Assembly (NCBI GenBank): GCA_963845145.1 | Contig: CAWJQU010000005.1 | Coordinates: forward strand, 1 to 64,000 | Direction of reading: 5' to 3' | Source: an uncultured delta proteobacterium | GTDB lineage: Bacteria; Desulfobacterota; Desulfobacteria; Desulfobacterales; QNYZ01 | DNA length: 64,000 nucleotides | Shown: one piece after another, positions 1 through 10,738 of the stretch | Numbering within the stretch: the first letter of the stretch is position 1 | Layout of the letters: every line of letters starts with the position of its first letter | Made by a program: the position numbers and the translations under genes | Notes under the pieces: model-generated | What the model saw: only the letters and a program-made list of their open reading frames with translations | Told to the model about the DNA's origin: nothing | Database searches by the model: none

Positions 1-274
1 GCCGCTCTCAATCCAGAACTGGAATCCACATCCTTGGAGTCACCAGGCTTTTATCGATTTGAAAAAAGAATATGATAAAAATCTATAAGGTTGCAATTTT
101 ATACATCTTGCCGGTATGTGAATGCCAATTCTGGATTGCAGTATTGATTGCGCCTCACGAACCTATACTTTTTTAGCTGTTCATTTTAAACAGAATTAAG
201 TGTTTTCCCCTTGTACTTCTTCTCCAATAGGTCTATCTATACTTTTTCTTTTTTCTAAAATAAATATAAATTCA

Positions 275-1189
275 ATGCCTTATATTGGTGAATGTATAGC
301 GCTTTCAACGGTTCTCTGCTGGACAATCAGCGTTCAGTGTTTTGAAGCCGCGTCAAAAAGAATTGGGGCAACCCCGGTTAACATCATCAGGCTTTCTTTT
401 GCGTTGGTTCTTTTTAGCCTGTTGCTGCTATTCAAAAACGGGTACGTCGTTCCGATTCACTTCCCGACGCATGCTTGGCTATATCTTGGGCTTTCAGGTG
501 TTATTGGTTTTTTTTTAGGCGATATTTTTCTTTTTAAAGCGCTCGTGGAGAACGGTCCACGGGTGACGATGCTTATCTTTAGCCTGTCAGCGCCGACAGC
601 TGCTCTAATTGGTTGGATATTTCTCGATGAGATCTATGTCATGCACCAGTGGGTGGGCATGTGTGTTACCTTAAGCGGTGTCGGCCTGGTTATTCTTGAG
701 AGAAATAAAAAAGAAACCACGCCAACAAAACTAAAAAAGAGAAACATCTCGTTCATTGGCATTTTGTATGGATTTGGCGCCATGTTGGGTCAGGCGGGTG
801 GCTACATCCTGAGCAAAATTGGCATGCAGACTGATTCCGGATATCTCGATGCGTTCTCCGCCACGCAAATCCGGGCCATTGCCGCCTTTTTTTGTTTTGT
901 TATCTTTTTCACAATCACAAGGAGATGGGGCAAGGTTCACCTCGCTTTAAAAAATACCAGGGCAGTGTTTTTTACGGCTGCCGGCTCAGTTGCCGGTCCA
1001 TTTTTGGGGGTATCGCTTTCGCTTTTGGTTCTACACTATCTGACCACAGGCGTCGCATCCACGTTTCTTTCCCTTGTCCCCGTTTTCATTATTCCATTTT
1101 CAATATTCATCCACAAAGAGCATGTATCGATAAGAGCATGCGCCGGAGCAATAATCGCCGTGTTCGGTATTTATCTGCTTATGGTGTAA
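275..1189 (+). CDS. EamA/DMT family drug-metabolite transporter
   Basis: About 10 hydrophobic segments in two EamA repeats (GECIAL...; FLDE....QWVG; HKEHVSIRACAGA). Start moved from GTG 200 to ATG 275 (MPYIGE). Confidence 0.85.
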   Translation: MPYIGECIALSTVLCWTISVQCFEAASKRIGATPVNIIRLSFALVLFSLLLLFKNGYVVPIHFPTHAWLYLGLSGVIGFFLGDIFLFKALVENGPRVTMLIFSLSAPTAALIGWIFLDEIYVMHQWVGMCVTLSGVGLVILERNKKETTPTKLKKRNISFIGILYGFGAMLGQAGGYILSKIGMQTDSGYLDAFSATQIRAIAAFFCFVIFFTITRRWGKVHLALKNTRAVFFTAAGSVAGPFLGVSLSLLVLHYLTTGVASTFLSLVPVFIIPFSIFIHKEHVSIRACAGAIIAVFGIYLLMV

Positions 1190-1221
1190 GGCGTTTATTC
1201 GGGAACATCGACAACCTATTG

Positions 1222-1257
1222 TTAAATGGTCGTCTTGACAACACGACCACCATTTAA
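1222..1257. terminator. Stem-loop after EamA gene
   Basis: TTAAATGGTCGT...ACGACC-ACCATTTAA inverted repeat about 30 nt after the stop. No clear U-tract. Confidence 0.35.
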
Positions 1258-1353
1258 TATTTGAACCTTGGCTGCAAAACGGTTCATGGGCGTTTCCCCA
1301 TGTAATCGACGAAAGTGAATTAATAATCTGTCGAATAATCAAAATCGGCCAAA

Positions 1354-1671
1354 ATGAAAAAAAATACGATTTTAATCTTTCAAGTTAAAAAAATTCAAAG
1401 TTTGATCTTGGGAAAAATCCGCAGAGTGGCACTGGTCTTTCTAAACAAAGAAAAGGTCAGGACTTCTCTGTCCAACAGGCAAGGCACCTGTCTTCAATGC
1501 GCAAGTTGCTGCAAATTGTTATTCAATTGTCCATTCTTATCGGCATCCAACCATTGCCTGATTTATCATTCCAGCCTAAGACCCTTGGTATGCAAGAAAT
1601 TTCCTCTCGATCATTTGGATATTTACGACGTGATGATCTCTTCGGGCAATCAATGTGGGTATAAATTTTAG
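1354..1671 (+). CDS. YkgJ/CxxCxxCC cysteine-cluster protein
   Basis: CLQCASCC...CPFL...CLIY...RPLVCKKFP motif set. Confidence 0.75.
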   Translation: MKKNTILIFQVKKIQSLILGKIRRVALVFLNKEKVRTSLSNRQGTCLQCASCCKLLFNCPFLSASNHCLIYHSSLRPLVCKKFPLDHLDIYDVMISSGNQCGYKF

Positions 1672-1680
1672 AATGTAACC

Positions 1681-1842
1681 TAAGGGCTCTCGAAAAAATA
1701 ATTTCACATTTTATACGCTGATACATCCCACCTGGCGGCGTTGTGAAAGCTCAGAATATCACGATATTCCAGCACTTTCACGCCTTGCCATGCGGGCGCC
1801 TCAACGCCTAAAATTGTGAACTTATTTTTGCGCGAACCCTAA
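1681..1842. mobile_element. Palindromic MITE-like element A (156-bp core, TAA direct repeats)
   Basis: TAA|GGGCTCTCGAAAAAATAATTTCACA ... TGTGAACTTATTTTTGCGCGAACCC|TAA. 21/25 match between the left end and the reverse complement of the right end. Inner arms GTGAAAG/CTTTCAC and GAATATC-AC-GATATTC. Confidence 0.7.
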
Positions 1843-1878
1843 GTTGATGGGTCGTAACAAAGGATTGGATGATGTGCT

Positions 1879-2277
1879 TTATCTGCGGACAAACCATTCA
1901 ACCGGTCTTCGCAAGGTAACCGGATTCGGATACTTTTCCACGTAACCAACCCGCAACATAAACTGCGGGACGATATGGGATTCATGATTTTCCCTGATCT
2001 TTTTTTGGCCCTGGCCTTCTTCCAGGGTTTGGGTCATGGGATGAATGGCGATCATTTTTTCTTTAGCGGCCAATGCCATCCTTTGAAATCTTCTGCCCGC
2101 GTCGATAATATCCTCTACGGAATTTGTTTTGCTGGTAATTACCAACCATCCGGCCCCCTCCCTGGCCAACTTGGCGGTTTTGGCAATCCCCTTTTCCCGA
2201 AAAACCCGACTTTTTACATCTTTGCTGTCCATAAAGTGACGCACATACCATCCTGCTAATCCGTTAATTTCCATCCC
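1879..2277 (-). pseudogene. 5'-truncated Acg-type nitroreductase-fold remnant
   Basis: C-terminal motifs AGRRFQRMAL...IAIHPMTQTLEE...PQFMLRVGY...LRRPVEWFV. The upstream part of the ORF runs through a terminator and the end of the neighbouring gene and is not protein-like. Confidence 0.6.
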
Positions 2278-2323
2278 ATAGACAACAATGCAAACAATGG
2301 TAAAAAGACCTGCGCGCAGAAGC

Positions 2324-2355
2324 AAAAAACCCCGTGTGATTATGAAACCACGGGG
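2324..2355 (-). terminator. Rho-independent terminator of the SBP gene
   Basis: CCCCGTG/CACGGGG stem followed by a U6 tract on the minus strand. Confidence 0.7.
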
Positions 2356-2407
2356 CTTAATATGCTTATGTGAAAAAATCTCAGATTGGAAGTTAAAACT
2401 ATTTCTC

Positions 2408-3136
2408 CTATTTTGCCTTTGACATGATTTTCCCGAAAGTGCCATCTGCTTTCATTGAAGATAACGCCTCAGATACATTTGCCGCCATTTTTTTCCCGGC
2501 ATCACTGCTCTGAAACGCGAAATAAACATCCTGTTCCGAAATGGGGCTGTTGGTATCATATTGAAATTGTTCTGACAATCCGGAGTTCTTAAAAGCTTGG
2601 ATGCCGGTTTTCTCTTCAACGATAAATCCATCGATTCGACCGGCGACGAGCTTTTTGGCATTCAATTCATCATTGGGTGCAATATCAAGGCTAAACCCAT
2701 CACCGGCCATCACTTTCGCATCATAGGGATACCCCTGGGTCAATCCTATTTTATTTCCTGAAATTTCTGAAAAGGTTTTCAGTAAGGGTGCCCCTTTTTT
2801 TGTAAAAACAAAATCCCTCTTGACATAGATATTTTCCGATTTTGCTTTGGGGTGATTTTCAGGAAAACTGACATCCAACGCAGGGAAAAAACAATCAATT
2901 TTCCCCTCCACAAAAGCCCCTACCACACGCTTGGGGGGTGCTACCTTGATAGTGATGTCCAGCCCTGCCCTTTTAGCCACTTCTTTAGCCAGTTCTATAA
3001 AAACACCATTTTCCGCATCCTCGACCATAAGGGGGATGGGAAAACTGCTCATAACTATCTTGTCAGCAGCAGTCGCGCCTACCGCTAAAGACAGTGTCAA
3101 GGTGAAAGTAGCAATTAATTTCCATACAAAACCCAT
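2408..3136 (-). CDS. Orphan family-3 (polar amino acid type) substrate-binding protein
   Basis: Signal peptide (GATA-ADK); GVFIELAKEV, IGLTQGYPY, KLVAGRID, DGTFGKI motifs. AAGGAGG RBS before ATG 3136. No permease or ATPase adjacent. Confidence 0.8.
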   Translation of the reverse strand: MGFVWKLIATFTLTLSLAVGATAADKIVMSSFPIPLMVEDAENGVFIELAKEVAKRAGLDITIKVAPPKRVVGAFVEGKIDCFFPALDVSFPENHPKAKSENIYVKRDFVFTKKGAPLLKTFSEISGNKIGLTQGYPYDAKVMAGDGFSLDIAPNDELNAKKLVAGRIDGFIVEEKTGIQAFKNSGLSEQFQYDTNSPISEQDVYFAFQSSDAGKKMAANVSEALSSMKADGTFGKIMSKAK

Positions 3137-3280
3137 AATAACCTCCTTAAATGATGTAACCAATTAATCTCAAAGTGCATCCTGGATATTGTTATCGACT
3201 GTTTTAGGAAAAACTTTAAGAGAAATCACATCCCTTTACATTTTGAAGAAGGTTACAACTTTTTAAAGAAGCACATATAC

Positions 3281-3306
3281 AAAACCCGGGTGATTACCCG
3301 GGTTTT
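3281..3306. terminator. Terminator ending the hdr-mvh-met operon
   Basis: AAAACCCGGGT-GATT-ACCCGGGTTTT perfect hairpin 33 nt past the metF stop. Confidence 0.8.
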
Positions 3307-3339
3307 TAACGATACTGCTTTATTATCAAACAAAAAAGG

Positions 3340-4287
3340 CTAATCAATCTGGGGTCTGGGCAATACCTTAGCCAATTCAGCAATTTCAGGCACCTTGTGT
3401 TCCCATTCAATGGCCATCAGGTGAACGCCGTGAACGCCCTTCAGTTCTTTGAACTCCTCGATCTGTTCGCAAGCCATTTTGATTCCTTCGTCGGCCACCT
3501 TACCCTTGCCGGCACCTTTAAGACGATCGATGATTTCATCGGGTACGTCCATACCGGGTACATTGTTTTTCATGTACCGGGCCATACCGATACTCTTCAT
3601 GGGGGTCACACCGGCGAGGATATAACATTTTTCCGTTAAACCCATATCGTTGGCCTGGGCCACCCATTTTCTGAATTTATCCATGTTGTAGATGCACTGG
3701 GTCTGGATAAAATCGACACCGGCTTCGACTTTTTTGGCCAGCCGATGCACCCGCCATTCAAAGGGGTCGGCAAACGGATTGGCCGCCGCACCGATAAACA
3801 TGTTTGGTTTCCCATCCAAATCGGCGCCGCTCAGGAATTTGCCTTCATCGCGCATCTCTTTGACCATGGCAATCAACTGCATGGAGTCGATGTCAAAAAC
3901 GCCTTTGGCCGAGGGGTGATCACCGAATTGCTGATGGTCGCCGGAAAGGCACAGAATGTTTCGAATCCCGTGGGCATAGGCCCCCAGGATGTCAGCCTGC
4001 ATGGCCAGACGATTGCGGTCTCTACAGACCATCTGAAAGTTAGGCTCCAGGCCTTCTTGTAAGATCAGTAAAGAGGCTGCCCAACTGGACATCCGTACCA
4101 TGGCGGTCTGGTTGTCGGTAATATTGACCGCATCCACCATCCCTTTTAGATGCGCGGCTTTTTTCTTGACTTCTTCAACATCAGCGCCACGCGGTGGGCC
4201 CAGCTCACCGGTAAAGGCAAAATGTCCTGCCTTTAAAACTTTTTCCAGGTTACTTCCCGATTTTAAACCGTTTCCCTCTGTGCTCAT
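3340..4287 (-). CDS. metF: Methylenetetrahydrofolate reductase, catalytic subunit
   Basis: ELGPPRG, NITDNQTA, CRDRNRLAMQ, LCLSGDH, KKVEAGVDFIQTQ, GVHLMAI. Confidence 0.93.
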   Translation of the reverse strand: MSTEGNGLKSGSNLEKVLKAGHFAFTGELGPPRGADVEEVKKKAAHLKGMVDAVNITDNQTAMVRMSSWAASLLILQEGLEPNFQMVCRDRNRLAMQADILGAYAHGIRNILCLSGDHQQFGDHPSAKGVFDIDSMQLIAMVKEMRDEGKFLSGADLDGKPNMFIGAAANPFADPFEWRVHRLAKKVEAGVDFIQTQCIYNMDKFRKWVAQANDMGLTEKCYILAGVTPMKSIGMARYMKNNVPGMDVPDEIIDRLKGAGKGKVADEGIKMACEQIEEFKELKGVHGVHLMAIEWEHKVPEIAELAKVLPRPQID

Positions 4288-4347
4288 CTGTGTCCCCTTG
4301 TATATAAAAACTTAAAACCGTTATGGATCGTATACTCAATACAGTGT

Positions 4348-5028
4348 TTAGGCGGCTTCCTCCGCATCCGGTTTCTTATAACCGGGCTGAATCAGTGTGC
4401 GCGGCGTCTGGTCTCGCCAGTCTTGAGGCGGATGAATTTTTTTAATATGATCCAGACGATCCTGCGTCGCCAATCGTTCAAAAATCATGTGCCAGGCACA
4501 CCGCTGATCCTGGCTAATCTCGCAATTGCCCTGATTGGTGCCCCCGCAGGGCCCATTGTACAACCCCTTGGCACACATGGTTACCGGGCAAATCCCGCCG
4601 GTCCAGCCCAAAACACACTGCTGACAAGAGCGACAGCGCTCTTCGTACCAGCCCACATCCTGATTCACCGCCAGCCCCGAGGTATCCAGAGCAGGAAAAA
4701 CGGGTTTTCCAGGAAACCGTTCGGCCAGGAATTGAACGCCGACCCCACACGCCATGGAAAGTAGCGCATCGTAATCCTTGACTTTATCGTCCAGCTCGGC
4801 CAGGTACTCCCGATCACACTGACGTTCAAGGGTAATGGCGTCAATATCCATCGGATTATCATCCAGCTTGCGGGCCATATCCAGCTCGGCGTTTAATACC
4901 GCGACCTCTTTTTCTCCACCGGCCAGGCAAACCGCCACGCAGGTTCCGCAACCGACGTTTAGGACTTTTTTGTAGTCGGTAAGCATCTCTTTGATTTCAT
5001 CAAATGGCTTTCTTTTGCCAACGATCAT
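4348..5028 (-). CDS. metV: MTHFR small Fe-S/Zn subunit (MTHFR_C domain)
   Basis: GCGTCVAVC, ERQCD, CGVGVQ, CRSCQQC...GICPVTMCAKGLYNGPCGG...CE...CAW; directly upstream of metF. Confidence 0.9.
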   Translation of the reverse strand: MIVGKRKPFDEIKEMLTDYKKVLNVGCGTCVAVCLAGGEKEVAVLNAELDMARKLDDNPMDIDAITLERQCDREYLAELDDKVKDYDALLSMACGVGVQFLAERFPGKPVFPALDTSGLAVNQDVGWYEERCRSCQQCVLGWTGGICPVTMCAKGLYNGPCGGTNQGNCEISQDQRCAWHMIFERLATQDRLDHIKKIHPPQDWRDQTPRTLIQPGYKKPDAEEAA

Positions 5029-5080
5029 GATTCCTCCAGTTGCATCCGGCTTTTATACCGGGATTATCTTTATCGACCGC

Positions 5081-6403
5081 TTAGAAATTCGAGCTTTCCG
5101 GATGGAAAACATCGACCTCTTTCAAATCATCACCGAGGTATTCACGCTCGTTGGGGCCCAGGATACCGAGAGAGAGGCAAATTAGGGTCCACAGATGCAC
5201 CGTTTGCCAGGGATGCTCACGAATTTCGGATAGATCATGGATCTGGGCGTGACAGTTGTGGCACGGGGTGATGCAGTAAGGTGCCTCGGTCTGAAGAATC
5301 TGCTCGGCCTTAAGGCTACCGTATTGCCGACGCGCTTCAGGCAATCCCGACTGCAAGAAACCACCCCCACCGCCGCAACAATAATTATTAGACCTGTTGG
5401 GGGCCATGTCGATAAAGTTCTCCTCCCCGACCACGGCCCTAACCACATAGCGAAGGTCTTCAGCTACCGGGTCGCCGAAGGATTTGCGGACGAGCTGGCA
5501 GGGATCCTGAACAGTAAACTTAATCTGTCGTTCCTTGTTCCAATCGGAGCTGACTTTTAATTTACCCTCTTTAATCCACTGGGCATAATACTGAATGATG
5601 CTTTTGATCTCAAATTTATAATCGAGCTTGAATTTTTGCCCTCCGAACCGGACGGCGAAAAGTTCGTGCCCTCATTCCGTATTGAGCCAAACCTTGCAGC
5701 CCAAATCCTCCACCGCTTTTTGTTTAACTTCGATAATATGTTTCCAACTATCATCATCAGCCATGAACATACAGTAGTTCTCAGCGGCCCACCCCTTGGT
5801 GCTATAGGTCCAATCGGCACCAACCAGATGGAGAATTTTCCATAGGGGCACCATCTCATCAGGTTCGGTTACCGGTTCGCGGGAATTCTGATTTAAAAAG
5901 AACTCAGCCCCTTCTTTATTAATCGGGGCTTTCATATCGGCAAATTCCGGTTGGGATTCCTGGTATTCTTCAAGGACATCCTCAACCACGAATTGAAAAT
6001 CTTCCTCCGAGGCGCCCATGGCACTACAGGTATCGTTGCGCAAGGCCATATCGCAAGAGCCAATGATCCCCTTGGGACGTTTTTCCCGCGGCCAGCTCTG
6101 ACGAGCGTAATATACCAGTTGGGGAATGTTGATTTTCATGGGACAGACATAGACACAGCGGGTACACATGCTGCACATCCACACCCAGGGGGTTGTTTTG
6201 ATCTCTTCATCCATCCCCAGGGCGGCCATCCGCAAAAATTTTCGAGGGTCCATCCCTTCCAGGCCCGTTGCAGGGCACCCGGAAGAACAGGCGCCGCAGG
6301 TCAGGCAAAGGTTCAGGTTGCCACCGTCGGGAAGCAGCTCCTTGACCTTGTCCATAAAGGTGCTCTGTTTCTTGCCACCTAGTCTGATTGCCTCTTCAGC
6401 CAT
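5081..6403 (-). CDS. HdrD/DsrK-like Fe-S + CCG-domain protein, selenoprotein (Sec at codon 244, TGA 5672-5674), 440 aa
   Basis: ORFs 5672..6403 and 5081..5446 are in frame and open between them. The read-through gives WLNTE-U-GHELF, matching DsrK ECGH in this window. Two CxxCxxCxxxCP motifs, QDPC, YCCGGGGG, PCHNC. Confidence 0.88.
5634..5661 (-). promoter_or_regulatory. Candidate SECIS for the HdrD-like gene
   Basis: UUUU-C-GCC-G-UCC-GGUUC-GGA-G-GGC-AAAA. The apical loop starts with G, 23 nt after UGA. Confidence 0.7.
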
Positions 6404-6415
6404 AATATTCTCCTT

Positions 6416-6838
6416 CTATGTTGCTTGTTTGTTTTTTATCGGGTTGGGTCCAAGCGCTTTGATATGCTCGGTCATCTCCTTGGCATAGGCGGCAAACGTG
6501 GGTCCCTCACCGGAAGAGAGATTATACATCCTCACCCGGTCACCTTCAAGTCCGACCTCTTCCAAAAGCGACTGAACATGTTCTACCCGCTCGCGACACC
6601 GGAAATTTCCCTCATTATAATGACAGGTCCCTTCCAGACAGCCAACACAATAGACCCCGTCAGCCCCTTTCTGGATGGATCGCAACAGATGGATAACGTC
6701 CACCTTGCCGGTACAAGGAACCAGAATAATTTTTACATTGGCCGGATAATCCAGCCGCATGGAACCTGCCAGGTCCGCAGCGGAATATCCTCAGTACTCG
6801 CAACAAAACGCGATGATGGTCGGTTCAAAATCGGCCAT
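6416..6838 (-). CDS. mvhD: MvhD/FlpD [2Fe-2S] subunit, selenoprotein (Sec16, TGA 6791-6793), 140 aa
   Basis: AGGGAGG RBS then MADFEPTIIAFCCEY-U-GYSAADLAG joins ORF 6416..6760 in frame (VPCTGKVD, GCLEGTCHY). Confidence 0.9.
6755..6783 (-). promoter_or_regulatory. Candidate SECIS for mvhD
   Basis: GGACCU-GGC-AGGUUC upper stem on a CCGC/GCGG base. The loop starts with G, 21 nt after UGA. Confidence 0.65.
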
Positions 6839-6859
6839 TAGCCCTCCCTTAAAATCTAT

Positions 6860-9800
6860 TTATGCTTCCAACAACGCATCAATCTTACACATGAGTTGTT
6901 CATCTTCGTAGTAACTCAATCGGATCACCTGCCGCGGGCAAACCGCGGTGCAGACACCGCATCCATGACAAAGGGCCTCGTTGATCTCAATTTTCTTCTC
7001 TTCCACGTTAAACTTGGGAACATCAAACGGACAGGCCCGCACGCATGTCAGGCACCGGACGCAATGTTCGGTATCCACCTTGGCGGTGATGGCCGATAGG
7101 GTGATCACATCCTTGGACAAAAAGGTGGTCGCCCGTGAAGCTGCGGCTTGAGCTTGGGCAATGGTCTCGGTGATCAACTTGGGTCCATGGGCTGTTCCGC
7201 AGAGAAAAATACCTTCGCTGGGCATATCCACCGGCCGCAGCTTGACATGCGCCTCGATGAAGAACCCTTCCGGATTGCGGTTAAGCTTCATGATACGGCT
7301 CATTTCATCGGTGTCGGCCGCCACCACACCAGCACTCAGAGCCAAAAGATCGGCTCGAATCTCGACATCTTGCTGAAGAATGTGGTCTTTTACCGTTACC
7401 AACACCCCATCATCGGACGACGCCACTTGCGGAGGGGCATCTTTATCGAACCGGATAAAAATAACCCCCTTCTCCCGCGCTTCTTTATAGAAATCCTCCA
7501 GCAGTCCGTATGTACGCATGTCCCGATACAGGATAAAAACCTGGGTATTCGGATTTTTGGCTTTGATCTCCAAGGCGTTTTTGACGGCATTCTGGCAACA
7601 GATCCGTGAGCAGTTCTCGTTCTCTTCGTTGCGCGAGCCCACACACTGAATCATGACAACGGAGGTCAGGTCGTCCGCACCTTTATCGGCCAGGTGGTCG
7701 CTGAGTCCCAACTGGGTTACAACACGTTGATCTTCACCAAAGAGGTATTCCGTGGGGGAATATTCATCAGCACCGGTAGCCACGATAAACACGCCGTGAT
7801 CAATGGTCCTCAGGTTCTTTTGCTCACCGATTTCAACCGTTGTGCTAAAGGCCCCCTTAAACCCTTCGAAGCCGCTGATATTTGCATCGGTGATCACCTC
7901 AACCTTCTCATGTGAGGACACTTCACCGTTGAGTTTTTCCAAATAGGCCTGAATATCGGCACCTTCAATGGTATGGTGGAGCTTACGGGAAAACCCACCC
8001 AGCTCTTTCTCTTTTTCCAGAAGAACGACGTCAAAGCCCTGGTTGCCCAAGCTTAACGCAGCATTCATTCCGGCTACACCACCACCGACCACCAACCCCC
8101 GTTTATTTACCGGTACTTCCTTTTCACGCAATGTATCCAGATTGGCCACCCGGGCCACCGACATGCGCACCAAATCCTTGGCTTTACTAGTGGCAATTTC
8201 CGGATTGTTTGAGTGAATCCAGGAGTTTTGATTGCGAATATTGGCCATATCAAAGAGGTACTTGTTCAACCCACACGCCTCAAGCGTCTCCATGAACATG
8301 GGGGCATGGGTTTTAGGACTACATGACGCCACCACCACGCGGTTTAAACCATGCTCGACGATCATCTCTTTGATTTTGTCTTGAGTGTCCTGACTGCAGG
8401 TAAAAAGATTTTCATCGGCAAAGGCGACATAGGGTAGACTTTCAGCATATTCGCGTACCGAAGGAACATCCACCACCCCACCGATATTGATGCCGCAATT
8501 GCACACAAATACCCCAATACGGGGCTCCTGCCCATCGACATCTCGTTCTTGCGGCACAACAATTTTGGGCGTGTCCGTACCCCGGGCGAGAGCCAACCCA
8601 GCCCCGGCCGCACTGGCCGCGGCGCTGGCTTCCGTCACCGATCCGGGGATATCCTTGGGCCCCTGAATCACGCCGCAGGTAAAAATACCCGGACGAGAGG
8701 TCTCTACCGGTGCCATGGGGTCCGTATCGACAAAATTGTACTTGTTGAGTTCAACCCCTAACCGCTTGGACAGGGCCACGGCTTCTTGCGGCACTTGCAG
8801 CCCAACGGAAAGGACCACCATGCTAAAGGTCTCTTCCTGCATGGCGCCGGTTTCATCAGAGTATTTAATGGTTAGATCACCGGTATCAGCCACCTCGGTG
8901 ATGGTATGGATGCGTGCTTTTAAAAACCGTACGCCGTCTTTATCTTTGGCACGGTTATAATATTTTTCATAATCTTTACCAAATGTGCGCATATCCATAT
9001 TGAATATGGCGCAATCCAGGTCTCCGTGGACATGCTCCTTGGCGATCATCGCTTCCTTGACGGCATACATGCAGCATACCGATGAGCAGTACCCGTTGCC
9101 GCACCGGTTCTGATCCCGCGAGCCGACACATTGAAGCCAAGCGATTTTCTCAGGCTCTTGGCGGTCCAAAGGCCGCTGAAGATGACCGAAATAGGGCCCC
9201 GAAGCACTTAAAATCCGCTCAAACTCTTCACTGGTTATCACATTGGTCCATTGACCGTAGCCAAGATGATCCAGCCCGGATGGATCGAACCCCTTGCTAC
9301 CGGCGGCCAGAACCACCGAACCGACATTAATCCGGGATTGCCGCTCTTTGTCATCGTAAGTGATCGCTTCGGCAATACACATATTTTCGCACAAGCCGCA
9401 ACCAATACAGGTATCGGTATCAATGGCAAACGCCAAGGGAACCGCCTGGGCATATTCGATATAAGTGGCACGGCGATCATTGAGACCGAGATTGTAGCTG
9501 TTCACCGCCGTCACCGGGCAATGCAGGGAACACTCTCCACATCCGGTGCACTTTACCGGATCGATATAGCGGGGATGATTGGACAGGGTAACCTCAAAAT
9601 TTCCAGGTTCCCCCTCAATAGATTCAACATCACTACACATTACCAGTTCTACGTTTGCGTGCCGGCCGACCTCGACCAGTTTCGGTGAGATCACTCACAT
9701 GGCACAGTCATTGGTGGGGAAGGTTTTGTCCAGACGCGACATCATGCCCCCCACCGTGGGTGATTTGTCTACCAGGTATACTTTATAATCTGAATTAGCC

Positions 9801-9883
9801 AGATCGAGGGCGGCCTGCATGCCGGCAATTCCGGCACCCACCACCATGACCGATCCGCTCACCTGTTTATTATCTGCTCCCAT
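6860..9883 (-). CDS. hdrA: Large two-FAD-module HdrA family protein, selenoprotein (Sec63, TGA 9695-9697), 1007 aa
   Basis: ORF 9695..9883 (GAGIAG...[11 protein letters not shown]) abuts 6860..9694 in frame, giving NDCAM-U-VISPK (HdrA CxxC). Two GxGxxG motifs, two QCVGSR motifs, ferredoxin inserts. Confidence 0.92.
9662..9679 (-). promoter_or_regulatory. Candidate SECIS for hdrA (downstream copy)
   Basis: CUGGUCG-AGGU-CGGCCGG, stem starting 16 nt after UGA; identical to the one at 13562-13579. Confidence 0.75.
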
Positions 9884-9892
9884 GATTTCTCC

Positions 9893-10642
9893 TTAAAGTG
9901 CCGCGAAAACCGGTATACGTTCTTCCATCTGCCTAAACTCAACCATGCCGTTTTTTTCCATATCGGCAAGCAGATACGAGATCCGTTGGATGCCAATACC
10001 TGTCTCGGCATCAATGGTTCGCGGTGCTGTTAATCCTTCCTTAATCGCCGCCAGGATCAGCTGCGTATGATATTCACGCTCGAGGGCTTTATTAAAAATC
10101 ATTTGATAAGAGCGTTCATCCCACGGGCGGCCATAGACGTCCCCCTTGGTGGTTATCTGAACCTCTTTACCGACCAACCAGCGGACACCTTCCCCCATCA
10201 CGGTCTCAGTCACCGCCGCCAATTGGAGTGAATAGGCGCCCGGATCAAATTTACCCTGCTCCTGAATCGAGGCGGTCACATCGGTGACCACGTCCACAAA
10301 GCGCTGGGCCTCAGCGGAGGATACCCAGGCCAAATGGAGTCGATCGGCACCGATACCGGCCAGATCGAGCAATTGTCGGGTCATGTTGATCTTCTTTTCG
10401 GCTTGAACATTACCTTCCAGGTAATGGCAATCTCCGAAATGTCAGCCGGACACGAAAACACCGTCAGCCCCTTCCGAGAAGGCTTTAACGACAAATGCAG
10501 GGTCCACACGGCCGGAACACATGACGCGGACGGTGCGAATGTTGGCCGGGTATTGCAGCCGGGATACACCGGCCAGATCGGCGCCGGCATATGCACACCA
10601 ATTGCAAAGAAAGGCCACGATTTTCGGTTCAAATTCTGCCAT
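9893..10642 (-). CDS. mvhD: MvhD-domain protein with ~110-aa C-terminal extension, selenoprotein (Sec67, TGA 10442-10444), 249 aa
   Basis: ORF 10442..10642 (FLCNWC...MCSGRVD...VSG) reads through as [13 protein letters not shown] into ORF 9893..10384 in frame ([10 protein letters not shown]). Confidence 0.9.
10408..10426 (-). promoter_or_regulatory. Candidate SECIS for the extended mvhD
   Basis: Perfect CAUUACCU-GGA-AGGUAAUG hairpin starting 16 nt after UGA. Confidence 0.8.
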
Positions 10643-10738
10643 AAGTTCACCTTACATGGTTATGTTAATCTAAAAACGTTTCTACATTTTTAAAAATATC
10701 AGCATATGAGTACGGTTCCACTCTTCGTGCTGATCCGT

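Noticed and set aside
1..89. Possible 3' end of a plus-strand CDS
   Set aside because: Two frames are open (stops at 75 and 89) and there is too little sequence to choose or name it.
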